Of a DNA stretch of 64,000 nt, positions 1 through 11,200 are shown one piece after another. The stretch lies in NCBI GenBank assembly GCA_002269645.1, contig NIVC01002466.1:1-64000 (forward strand). Direction: 5' to 3'. Both the position numbers and the translations under genes were made by a program. The notes beneath the pieces were generated by a model, which saw only the letters and a program-made list of their open reading frames with translations, had not been told where the DNA came from and made no database searches. This DNA comes from Macrostomum lignano. Taxonomy: Eukaryota. Position 1 is the first letter of the stretch. The number at the start of each line of letters is the position of its first letter.

Positions 1-226
1 GCGCAGGATGATAACTAAATTATGAAATTATAAGCATAAAAATGGTCAGTGCTTGCCTTCTGGATGACTGCGGGTCTATTTATTACTTTCGATTTTTAGC
101 TAATCCATCTAGGAACTTACCTGACTATTAAGATATGAACCACCAAAATTACAATAATGGCCTCTCTCTAACAGCTGTTAGTCAGACCAAATCAATTAAA
201 AATATCTGGGGGTAAAACGCTCTCAC

Positions 227-3200
227 CCGCAGCTCCCTGGGCCACTTGTACTTGGCTAAGCGCTGCGCCGCCACGTCTGCAGGCCGGCCAGATCCGCCTG
301 CGGCTGCCCAGGCGCCGGCACAACCACCAGCACCAGCCGCTCCCCCCAGGTGTCATCCGGGACGGCCACAACCGCGCACTCGGCCAATGCCGGATGGCCA
401 AAGAACGCGGCCTCGACCTCCAGGGCGCTGATTTTGTAGCCACCGGATTTTATGATGTCCACCGAGGTCCGGCCGAGTATGCGGAAGCTGCCGCCGAGGT
501 CACAGGCGGCCGAGTCGCCGGTGCGAAACCAGCCGTCCTCGGTGAACTCCTTAGCTGTGTCCTCCGGCCGGCCGAAGTATTCTTTGAACACGAGGGGACC
601 GCTGACCTCCAGGATGCCCGACACTTCGGAACTGCTGTCTGGAGGCAAGGTGCATATTATAAGGTTTGACATCGCAACAGACGTTAGTCCAATACTTTTA
701 AAATTCTTAAAGGGATTGTCGTCAAACTAATTACAGTAGATAACTTGCCAAGTAAAAAGCTTGAGTGCACACAAAGGGAACAGTGGGGGGATGAGATGTC
801 TCACTATTTTCATTCCACTGGTCCAACAGTCACCGGATAAGCTGTAAAATTTCTGAGACTACTTGGAACTCTCACCTCCGGCAGCTTCATCACAATCGAC
901 CAGCCTCTGAACTGGTTCGCCGTGGCGGCCGTCAGCAGCAACCGGCCACTGTCCGGGTCTCGCAGACGCACCCGGACATCCGGGAACGGTTGGCCAACCC
1001 GGCCGGGTAGTCGCGGCCCATCAAGCGGGTTGCCCAGCGCCATGCCGATCTCCGTCATGCCGTAGCGCTCCAGCAGCCAGTGGCCGGTGGCCTCGTGCCA
1101 GCGCCGCATCACCGACTCCGACAGGGAGGCGGACCCGCTCACCATCAGCCTGCGCGGAGTTGTTGGAGTTTTTTTTACCGTTTTAGGTATGTTCGATCTG
1201 GGTGTCTGGGTGTTGTATGTGCAAGAGGGTTTGGGAATCCTGGCACAACGCCTTCGGTGACGTCATCCCGCAACAAACGATGACTCAATTTTGACCACTC
1301 CTGAGCACATAGGAGCGCATTGGATGCTGTTCGCAAGCACGAACCCATACAAGCAGGTCCACACGCTGAAACAGGGTGTAAAACGACCCGAGTTTCTAAT
1401 CGTCAGGCATCTAAGTACACTCTCTGTAACTTGGGGGCTAGTCATAAGTGTGAGAACCGCACGACAAACCCCGAGCCAATTTTCGTGCACAAGCTCCAAA
1501 TTAATTGTGGCCACGCACGGAGTCAAACCAGGAGTCGTGGCGCAAGAGTCAGACACGTTTACCGCTGAGCTGCTGCCTTTTTTGCCCCCACCCAAAAAAA
1601 TCTGACCGATTCGGATGAACTCGGGCGAAAACCAGACGAAATAAACGGGCACCCTTAATTAAACCCATTAAAAAGCTCTCAGCACACCACAGCCATCAGA
1701 AAGCTAAAAGTGCACAGTAGTAGCCATAGCGCCTGGAACAATGTTTTGGACAGTAATATCTTGTATTTCTTGCAATTCCGTCCAATTTCTGATTTCTTTA
1801 TACGTGAACTAAGGGGAGCACGAGAATTTCTCGAAGGAAGTTTTTCCGCCTAGGTTTGCCTGCGCGAAATTTTCCCGACTCGAGATTTTCCCGCAGGGTT
1901 TTTACATTTGGAATTTAAAGTCAACTCCAGTCTATAGACAGTGCTGGGCTAGATTAGAACTGGCCTAGACTAGACTAGACTAGGCTAGGCTAGGCTAGAC
2001 TAGACATAAACTAGACTAGATTAAAAAATAAACTAGATTAGAACCAGACTAGATTTCAAATCCGATTGGATTTGACTTGAAATTCCGACTGTAAAAACCG
2101 TGCGGGAAAACCTCGCTGTGGGAAAACCTCGCTGCGGGAAAAACCTCGCTGCGGGAAAAAATCGCGCAGGCAAACCCCGGCGGTAAAATTTCCTGCGGGA
2201 AATTCTCATAGACCCGAACTAAGCTGAAATCTGAACGGATGGATAGCGGTACTGACTATGGACTATGGACAAATGTGGGGCCACAGGCTCTGCTTCTGTC
2301 TCATAAGATGGTGTTGTGCTATGCTGTGTCTCTCTTTCTCCTTTTGTTTCAGTTGAGCCGGTAGGTCAGGCCGGGTTCGGGGTTTAAGCTTCACCATGGC
2401 TATATGTACGCTCTGCCCACGCCAGTTTCTCTGCCCTTTACCTCTCCCCCCTGGCGGCTCCTCATTGGCTGGCCGGCGGGTTGGGGTGTCGTGGCTGCCC
2501 TCTGACTGCCGGTCCCATGTCCTTCACCCTCTTTCCCCTCTGCCCTCTACTATTTAAAGCGCACCGTTCAACGAGTCGGGATTTCCATCTGGTTTTGTCT
2601 CGCATAGAGGCGCCTAACCGCAGTACCCCTGTGAAACTTGTCTCTGCCTGGCCGAAAGCTTGTAATGAGTTAGTAGGCTGGGTTGGAGGGTAATAGTGGA
2701 TCAGGAAGGGCTGTGGGTAGCTGTATAGGAAGGCAGGCCTATACCTGTTCCAGTTGGTGCTCTGACGGTCCCCCCTCGGAGTGCCCTCTGAGCGAACAGC
2801 CAGCGACCCTATTAAAGCTGGAGTGTGCCAGAACCAGGACTGAGTCTGAACAGGACGAGACCGTTGGCACGGTCACTATAGAAATGGTGGGTTGGCGAAG
2901 CAAAGGGTGAAACAGTCCCGGCGATTAGCCCTCCTGCCGCTTCAAAGATAAGAGACTGTCTTGGCAAGAGTACCCGGGGGTGGTGGGCGGTCGGCCCCAG
3001 CTGGTAGCCACGGCTCTCGGTCTTCGGACCAACCCTAATAGGCTAAGGGGCCAACTAACCGGATTTTTTGTGCACTGGCTTCCTGACTGGTATGTCGAAC
3101 CCTCGCTGTCTTCGGGAGGTTTAGATAAGCCAATTTGGTTTGGGGTAGGCGTACGCTCTGAGGGTCGGGGGTAGGGCCCGCTCTCGGCCTGACTGGCGCC

Positions 3201-6200
3201 GCTTGCCCGGCTCGATGTACAGTCCTCTTAGTTCTAATTAGGATTTAAGTGTACATTAGTACACTCCCAACCTGGAAGCTTTTTTTCACTAGTGGCGTAA
3301 GAGCCTAATTCATTGGCTGAGGCGCCGGAAGCCTTATCTTAGTTAGTTAGTTAGTTAGAGTCGGGATTTCCATCTCGCTACTTGGGCGTCTCCCAGCTAG
3401 GCGGTCCCCTACCCCAGCTGGCTGCGCAGCTCCCTTGGGCTGATCCGTGGATACATACAATGTAATCCACTTTGCCTGTGCGCCTCGTCTATTCCCCCAG
3501 TGTTAAATGAGCGGAGATAATCAGTAGCGTAACTCCGCTACCATAGACCATAGACATCCGTGCCATACATGGCTAGCGGAGATAACTCATTGTTTAGCAA
3601 TTTGACGATCATTATTCACATTTTTAATGCAGAGCAATCCATTACTACAAACAATGCATTGTCTGTAGGATCGTCAAACAGAAAAACAATGCAAAGAATC
3701 AGCGGTCCCAGCGCGTGACAACGATTGTCTGGCGAGCGCCGGTAGGCGGTCCCAGTGCGTGACAACGATAGACAATCGTTGTCACGCACTGGGACCGCTG
3801 ATTATTTATCCATTATCTCCGGCGGAGATAAGGCGTTATATTCGGGTCGCACATGCCGTGGATTACATACAAAGAATCGCCTGATACTAGGAGATGAGCC
3901 ATAGACAGAATCTCCTCGTATCAGGCGATTCTTGTTTATAGAAAGGAAGAACGCAACTAAGTATCTGTAATAAAGTTTAGTTTAGCTGTAAATTATATGA
4001 ATTATGCATTACAGGTCTATCAAATCTTCTTCTCCATCAAAAAATTCATTAAGGCGGTAAATGCGCCTGACTGCAGCGTCAAATTATCTGGATGTGGATT
4101 TCATTACATGGACGGCCACATTACTTTGGGTTTACCTCAAAAAACGTCATTTAAATTTTGACCACACTCATCGTTCAGATAGTCGAATATTGATTTGCTA
4201 AATTTAATAATGCACAACTAGTAGCCAGAAGTCCAAGAACAAGTGCACTCTAATAGCATAGGAGTATAGAATTCAACGCACACCAACCAGACAGGATAGT
4301 ACCTCATAGGTCGTACTTCAGTATACAGTCGCAAAACAGAAAACCCGTGGCAATTCCATGATTACGTTGCGGCCTAATTTTAAACCCACAAAATCAGCCC
4401 ATATTCGAAAATTTTGCACCTAAAAGTGCAAGAAGTTAATGTAAATCAAGTTTCGTCCAGAAAACTTAGTCTGATAAGTAGAGTAGACAGCATCAACAGA
4501 AACTGTGTGCAATGACACGAAATTTGGGCTTTGTAATTAAAATTTTTACCGCAAAGATTCTACAACTGTAAGCTTATTGCTGGTAGCCAAGGTTGCTGCA
4601 GTGTCTTATATTACTGAGGATTGAGCATAGCCGTAAAAATGGGAGGGACAAATTTTTCTGAACATTTAGTTATTCTCAATATAGCTATATAGCGACATTG
4701 GAAATCATGTCATATTTTCCTTTTGTAATGATCGGCAGATTAGCAGAACTATTCATAAGGTAGTACCTTGTAAAGAAAGGCAACTCCACGGAAATTCCAT
4801 GGCTATTTTCAAAACTAAAACACATTCTATAAGACCTCATATTACTTTAACATAAAAGTTTTGATTTATTTTTGTTTATGAGAAACATCAGAAATGAGAA
4901 TTCTTGAACCATAAACGCACTTTTCACCTGAGCTAATCTTAGACATGATAAAGAAACAATTCCACGGAAATTCATAGCTATTCACACACTGTGAATAATA
5001 ACTGTGACTTAAAACTACTATGCTACACACCAGAAATGCAGAATGCTTAAACCGTACACGCACCCTGAGCCCTCGTCTCAGACACTACTAACTTCACCTC
5101 CACCTCAGCCTCACACAGCGATCTCACATGCAGCTCACCGAACTCCGGTCTCGCAGGCTCGCCTCACGGCTGCCCGCTGCGAGTCCGGCCGCTTCTCCAG
5201 GTGGTCCAGCAGCCTGCCGTACATGGTGGGCACCGCCATGAACACCGAGACCCGGGCCAGGCGCCAGCGCCAGTCAGCTGCTGCCACACCTGCTCAGGCT
5301 GGAAGCTGCGGTTGATGAGCACACTGCCTCCGGCCTGCAGCGGTGCCAGCAGGCAGTTCTCCAGCCCGTGCACGTGGTGCAGCGGCAGGCAGTTCAGCGT
5401 CAGGTCCGACAGGCCCAGCCGCCAGGCCGAGGCCACCGCCGGCACCGGGCTCGCGCGTTGCCATGGGTTACCACGACTCCTTTGGGGCGGCCTGTTGTGC
5501 CGCTGGTGTAAACGATGTAGCTGCATTGGGGTGGGGCAGTCAGCTGCAAATATTTACTTTATGCGTAATAGATATAAATAATTGAGAATTCCACATCCGT
5601 CATACAGTGTACAAGGAGTAAAAAATCCCGGTTGTACCATAAGCAACCAGAAGACAATAACTGGTAGCAGATGACTCACTCCAGTCTTGACGTAAAAGTC
5701 AACAATCACCAAATCAACAATCTGAATAACATACAAGTACATATTGTGTATCGATTTATGCTTTGGGCCACAGACCAGTGGTCTGGTGCGGCGCTCTGAG
5801 TTCCAGCGGCCCAGGCTCGATTCCAAGTGCAGTCACATTAATTTGGGGCTAAATTTGAATTTCGGCTTGGCTCTGCTCATGCAATAACGTCCTTGAGGGC
5901 CAACGCCTAAGGCAAAGTGAAGTGTACATGCCTAACGATGAATAAAGTTAGGGCCGCTGTACACTCCTGTGTGAGTGTGTGCCTGTGCGTATAACTGCGT
6001 ACGTATCCGCGCGCTTGTGCGCCTACTCAGGGGAGTCGGCGGAATGGGCAGTAATGCCCCTCGCCAGTTGTGTGAAAATGTCGCTTAAAGTGCGCCTCTG
6101 CGTTTAGTACAAAACCCCGGTTATGCATTAGAGTGGTCACATATTTCTACCGACTCTTAAGCAACAGGCTTCTCCTAAGCAGGTACATACGCTCGTAATA

Positions 6201-7008
6201 ACATCTACATGTTCAGTACTTGACACCGCGTCACCATGTTCTCTCACCTCGCAGGACAGTACAACGGCTATTTACATAGTAGGATTTATTACATGTACAG
6301 GTGTCTATAAATAAACTCTAAATCTTATTGTTATACATGTACATCGAAAAATTTCGTCACTTCAAGGAATTCTAATTTTTGATTGGTCAGCTCCAATTAA
6401 GGAGAACCAAAGTTCTTCCACTACCTTCTCTACCATACTTAAGTACACATGCCATGCCAGCTTCTCCAAAATCGCTGCTCACGCGGGCTGGGATTCCGGC
6501 TTCCTGTCCGGAAGCGGCCGCCCGTCTCCAGAGGCCGACGGCAGCAGCGGCAGGTCGCCGACTCGGCACAGCGGCAGGCTGGCGGCGTCTGCGAGCTCCC
6601 CGGCTTTGCGCAGGACGTCGCCGCTCGAGTCGCCGTCGGTCAGCACAGCCCGGGCGCCGGAGTCCCGCACGGCGTGCAGCAGCTCCGGCAGCGAGTGCGC
6701 GGGGCTCAGCGGCACCGCCAGGCACGGAGGTTCGTCTTTGGAGGCCCAGCAGGCGGCCAGCGACCGCACGAAGCTCGCCGACGGCTCCGTCAGGATGGCC
6801 AGCGGCTGCTGCGACTTCGCCGACCGGCCTACTGGCGACAGCAGCGGCGAAACGTCGGGGAGTGGCTGCTCCGACAGGCGGCAGACCGCGGTTGGCGCCT
6901 CCAGAATGCGTCCGCCGACGCCACCGCCGCTGCTGCTGAGGCGACGGATGATGAGGCTGAGAAGCTGCGGACATCGAAGATAAGTTTTGCTGCTTTTGAT
7001 GACAGCAT
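227..7008 (-). CDS. ACSF3: Acyl-CoA synthetase family member 3 (malonate-CoA ligase), 4 exons visible; last exon beyond position 1; several 1-bp frameshifts
   Basis: Exons ~7008-6483, 5543-5139, 1149-876, 638-227 with GT-AG borders. Motifs: YIVYTSGTTGRPKGVVVTHGN (AMP-binding), LNCLPLHHVHG, VFMAVPTMY, LMVSGSASL..GHWLLERYGMTEIGMALGNPL, GPLVFKEYF..FTEDGWFRTGD, ILGRTSVDIIKSGGYKISALEVE. These match ACSF3/MatB. The N-terminus is basic and mitochondrial-presequence-like. The frame is broken in several places. Confidence 0.9.
1280..1577 (-). mobile_element. tRNA-derived SINE
   Basis: Minus strand reads AGCTCAGCGGT (A box)..GGTTTGACTCC (B box), then CACAATTAATTTGGAGCT and AGTGTAC..TGCCTGACGAT blocks shared with other SINE copies in the window. 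Confidence 0.65.
1820..2210. mobile_element. Foldback/MITE with ~90-bp imperfect inverted repeats around a (CTAGA)n core
   Basis: 1820-1905 GAGAATTTCTCGAAGGAAGTTTTTCCGCCTAGGTTTGCCTGCGCGA is the reverse complement of 2095-2210 ..TCGCGCAGGCAAACCCCGGCGGTAAAATTTCCTGCGGGAAATTCTC; CTAGA repeats at ~1955-2060. Confidence 0.65.
3697..3933. repeat. Cluster of short palindromes/hairpins
   Basis: Perfect 24-bp stem 3746-3769/3775-3798 (loop AGACA), with an extra direct copy of the arm at ~3700-3725. TTATCTCCG-G-CGGAGATAA palindrome at ~3813-3831. 24-bp stem with one mismatch at 3872-3895/3910-3933. Confidence 0.85.
5765..6100 (+). mobile_element. tRNA-derived SINE
   Basis: AGACCAGTGG..GGCTCGATTCC head, then AAGTGCAGTCACATTAATTTGGGGCTAAAT..GAGGGCCAAC..GTGAAGTGTAC..AATAAAGTTAGGGCCGCTG; aligns by eye with 21988-22310. 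Confidence 0.8.
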
Positions 7009-8222
7009 TTTACAGCTACATGTACATTGGGAGTTCAAGACGAAGTACTTTGAGAAGTTAGGCAGGAGGAAAAAAAAGACACTGCGGGCGAAGTTGATCC
7101 CATTTATGTTGGTTAGTATGGGAGGGCAATCCGCGGCAATTCCTAGGATATTCCGGGAGGACAATACAAAAAGCTAAGCCTAACACACTACTATATGCAG
7201 TAGTAGTAGTCAGATCAGTGTGGCAGTGAAACTAACTGTGGCTTGCCTAAAAATAATGGAATTTACATTTACAAGCTTAAGCTAATATATAAATCACATT
7301 TCGACTCAATTAACCTTTTTATACACGAATAAATGCTCAATTGTTTTCGACGGATTATAGTAGTAACGAGTTCGAGTAAACATGAGTAATCATCACAAGG
7401 AAATAACAAAAAACAAGCTCTCGCCAACACGTAAAAACATTTATTGCTCAAGAGGACGCATTTACTTTGATAAAATTAAGTATTCTTTTTTGGTAAATGG
7501 TGTCATTTGTTTCCTATAAATAGACTCACAGATAAAAAAGCTTAACCGGTGTTCTCTGAAGCTCGAGCAGCAGGTTAAGAATAGCTCAACTTGGCAGCTG
7601 TTTAAGACTTGACAATCATAAATCAATATAGGGAATTGACCTTCACCTAAGATGCCCAGAGCTTATCCCTACTCAATTAGATTTCTGCTGCTTTGAAAAT
7701 ACCGCTATCCACTGCTGCTAAGACTTGGTTTAAAAATTTCCTAAATGATTACAAAACAAGAAAAGAGATACTAAATAGATATCTATATGAGATGATGTAT
7801 TATTTCAAAAAGTCGATTAAATGTAGTTGTGTCCAATTTTAAAAATGATAGGGCAAATCAGGTGCAAAATATATATTATAAATATCACATTTTAATAAAT
7901 AAGTCTAAAAAACACGAACAATGAAATTTGGGCTTCTGTTTTTGAAAACAAATTAACATGATTTTCTGACTGACTTGGGCAAGTCGGAGTTGATAAAATG
8001 TTCGCAAACAGCATAATTAATGATGTTTCAAATCGTAGAGCTAGCTTAAATTGAATAAAGTTTTATGAATCTACGTGAAAAAAGCAAAACAACTAAGGAA
8101 TGAAAGTGAAAAAAGGCTAAAAAGATATTTGCTAGTTATAATATGTTTTAATAAAGAGAAAATCTAGGCACACAGAGTCGCTCTAGTGGGGAAAATGTAA
8201 AGCTCTGATGCAGCTCGGGCTG

Positions 8223-11200
8223 CTAGATGTCCAGCCTCTCCAACTCGGTGGTGTACACCTCAATCGATTCCTGATCGTACAGCACGAAGTACACCTGCTT
8301 GATTGAGGAGCTCATCTGGCCGTTGAAGAAGGCGCGAATTGTCTGCAAGATTGTCTGCGCTGCCGTCTGCTTTGGGAAGCCGGCGCTGCGGGATGCAGGC
8401 GGGTGGGGATTTGGGATTATTCTGCGTTGCAGCTCTACTGCCTGAGGATCTAGTACTCTGCCTGGGGATCTTGCACTCTGCCTGGGAATCTTGTACTCTG
8501 CCTGAGGATCTTGCACTCTGTCTAAGGATCTTGCACTCTGCCTGGGGATCTTGTACTCTACCGAGGGATCTGGGAGAACCCCAACTCCACCACAGCCCCA
8601 CCTCCCGCTCCCGATGCTGGGCAGGGCGACGCTCTTCCAGCCGGCGGTCTCGGCCACGGCCAGGCAGTTCTTGACGGTTTTCTCCAGGTCGTCGATGAGG
8701 TTAGCGGCATTCCCGACGTTCCAGCTGGGCCCGTTGCAGTTGATCACCCAGTCGGCGCCGAGGCCGTGGGCCGGGCAGGCCTTGGCGGCGCAGCTGGCCA
8801 GAGGGCCTGCGGCGGAGAGCGCCTGATAGAGGGAGAGAGGGGGTGCGTTAGGGACACTGGAGATTCTGAGCTGATGAAATGGGGATTCTGAGCTGATGAG
8901 ATGGGGTTCTGAGCTGATGGGATGGAAATTCTGAGCTGATGGGATGAGGATTCCGAGCTGATGGGATGAGGATTCCGAGCTGATGGGATGAGGATTCCGA
9001 GCTGATGGGATGAGGATTCCGAGCTGATGGGATGAGGATTCCGAGCTGATGGGATGAGGATTCCGAGCTGATGGGATGAGGATTCCGAGCTGATGGGATG
9101 AGGATTCCGAGCTGATGGGATGAGGATTCCGAGCTGATGGGATGAGGATTCCGAGCTGATGGGATGTGGATTCTGTCTAAGGATCCAGCTGGGTAATGAT
9201 TCCGAGCTGATGGGGTGGGAAATCTGAGCTGATGGGATGTGGATTCTGAGCTGATGGTATGGGGTTTCTGAGCTGATGGTATGGGGATCCCGAGCTGATG
9301 AGATGGGGATTCTGAGCTGATGGAATGGGGATTCTGAGCTGATGGGATGAGGATTCCGAACTGATGAGATGTGGATTCTGTCTAAGGATCCAGCTGGGTA
9401 ATGATTCCAAGCTGATGGGATGTGGATTCTGTCTAAGGATCCAGCTGGGTAATGATTCCGAGCTGATGGGATGTGGATTCTGTCTAAGGATCCAGCTGGG
9501 TAATGATTCCGAGCTGATGGGATGTGGATTCTGTCTAAGGATCCAGCTGGGTAATGATTCCGAGCTGATGGGATGTGGATTGTGGATTCTGTCTAAGGAT
9601 CCAGCTGGGTAATGATTCCGAGCTGATGGGATGTGGATTCTGTCTAAGGATCCAGCTGGGTAATGATTCCGAGCTGATGGGATGTGGATTCTGTCTAAGG
9701 ATCCAGCTGGGTAATGATTCCGAGCTGATGGGGTGGGAAATCTGAGCTGATGGGATGTGGATTCTGAGCTGATGGTATGGGGATCCCGAGCTGATGAGAT
9801 GGGGATTCCGAGCTGATGGGGTGGGGATTCTGAGCTGATGGGATGTGGATTCTGAGCTGATGGTATGGGGATCCCGAGCTGATGGGATGTGGATTCCGAG
9901 CTGATGGGGTGGGGATTCTAAGCTGATGGGATGGGGATTCTGAGCTGATGGGATGGGGATTCTGAGCTGATGGGATGGGATTCTAAGCTGATGGGATGTG
10001 AATTCTGAGCTGATGGGATAAGCGCAATTCTGATCAAACACGAATTCCCAACCTGAATTGACTGCTTCATGGCGGCGCCGCCACGGCGAACAATCGCGTT
10101 GCCAACTTGGCCGCCCGTCGGGTAGCCGGAGCTGGTCGGATGGACGATGGCGTCAGCCTGCACTGTCGTGATGTCGCCCTTCAGCACAGTCAGCTGCGGG
10201 GAGAGAGAAGACAGCGAGACGTGCTTTTGTTTCAGTTCAGATTTGAATTTCAAAATAGGGGATTTGGGATATAGGAGATTTGGGATCAGATTGGGAGGCT
10301 TGGGATCAGATTGGGAGGCTTGGGATCAGATTGGGAGGCTTGGGATCAGATTGGGATGCTTGGGATCAGATTGGGAGGCTTGGGATCAGTTTGGGAGATT
10401 TAGAATCAGATTGGGAGGCTTGGGATCAGTTTGGGAGATTTAGAATCAGATTGGGAGGCTTGGGATCAGATTGGGAGATTTGGGATCAGATTGGGAGATT
10501 TGGGATCAGATTGGGAGATTTGGGATCAGATTGGGAGATTTGGGATCAGATTGGGAGATTTAAGATCAGATTGGGAGATTTGGGATCAGATTGGGAGACT
10601 TGGGATCAGATTGGGAGATTTGGGATCAGATGGGAGATTTGGGATCAGATTGGGAGATTTGGGATCAGATGGGAGATTTGGGATCAGATTGGGAGATTTG
10701 GGATCAGATTGGGAGACTTGGGATCAGATTGGGAGATTTGGGATCAGATTGGGAGATTTGGGATCAGATTGGGAGATTTAAGATCAGATTGGGATATTTA
10801 AGATCAGATTGGGATATTTTTAGGAGTCAAAAATGGCGGAGCACAGCCTGACCTTCTGGCCAGACTGCAGCTGCTTCTCGCTCAGGATGGCTACGTTGAG
10901 TTTGGGCCGGGCCGCTGGTGGTGTCGGAGCGGCCTTGGCCCGGACAGGGGCGGTGGTGGCAGCGGCGGCGGCAGCCGGGCCCGGGCGACGGCGCTTCGCG
11001 GCAGCGGCGGCGGGCGCTGCTACGGTCACAGCAGCAGCTGCGGCGGCGGCTGGCGCCCTTTTGCGCGCCGTAGTGGCGCCACCAGAGCGCTTGGCGCCGA
11101 CTTTCAGCGCAGCCGTCTTGGAAGAAGCGGCCGCCGATTTCGCAGGTGCCGCCGCCTTCTGCGGCAGAAGCGGCGACCAGATGTTGGGCACCACGCCGGC

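Noticed and set aside
6379-7177. Plus-strand ORFs of 186 and 242 aa
   Set aside because: Antisense shadows of GC-rich ACSF3 exon 1.
8865-10820. Long Trp/Gly/Asp-rich ORFs, and CTGATGA resembling a hammerhead core
   Set aside because: Intronic minisatellites; no GAAA partner or stems for a ribozyme.
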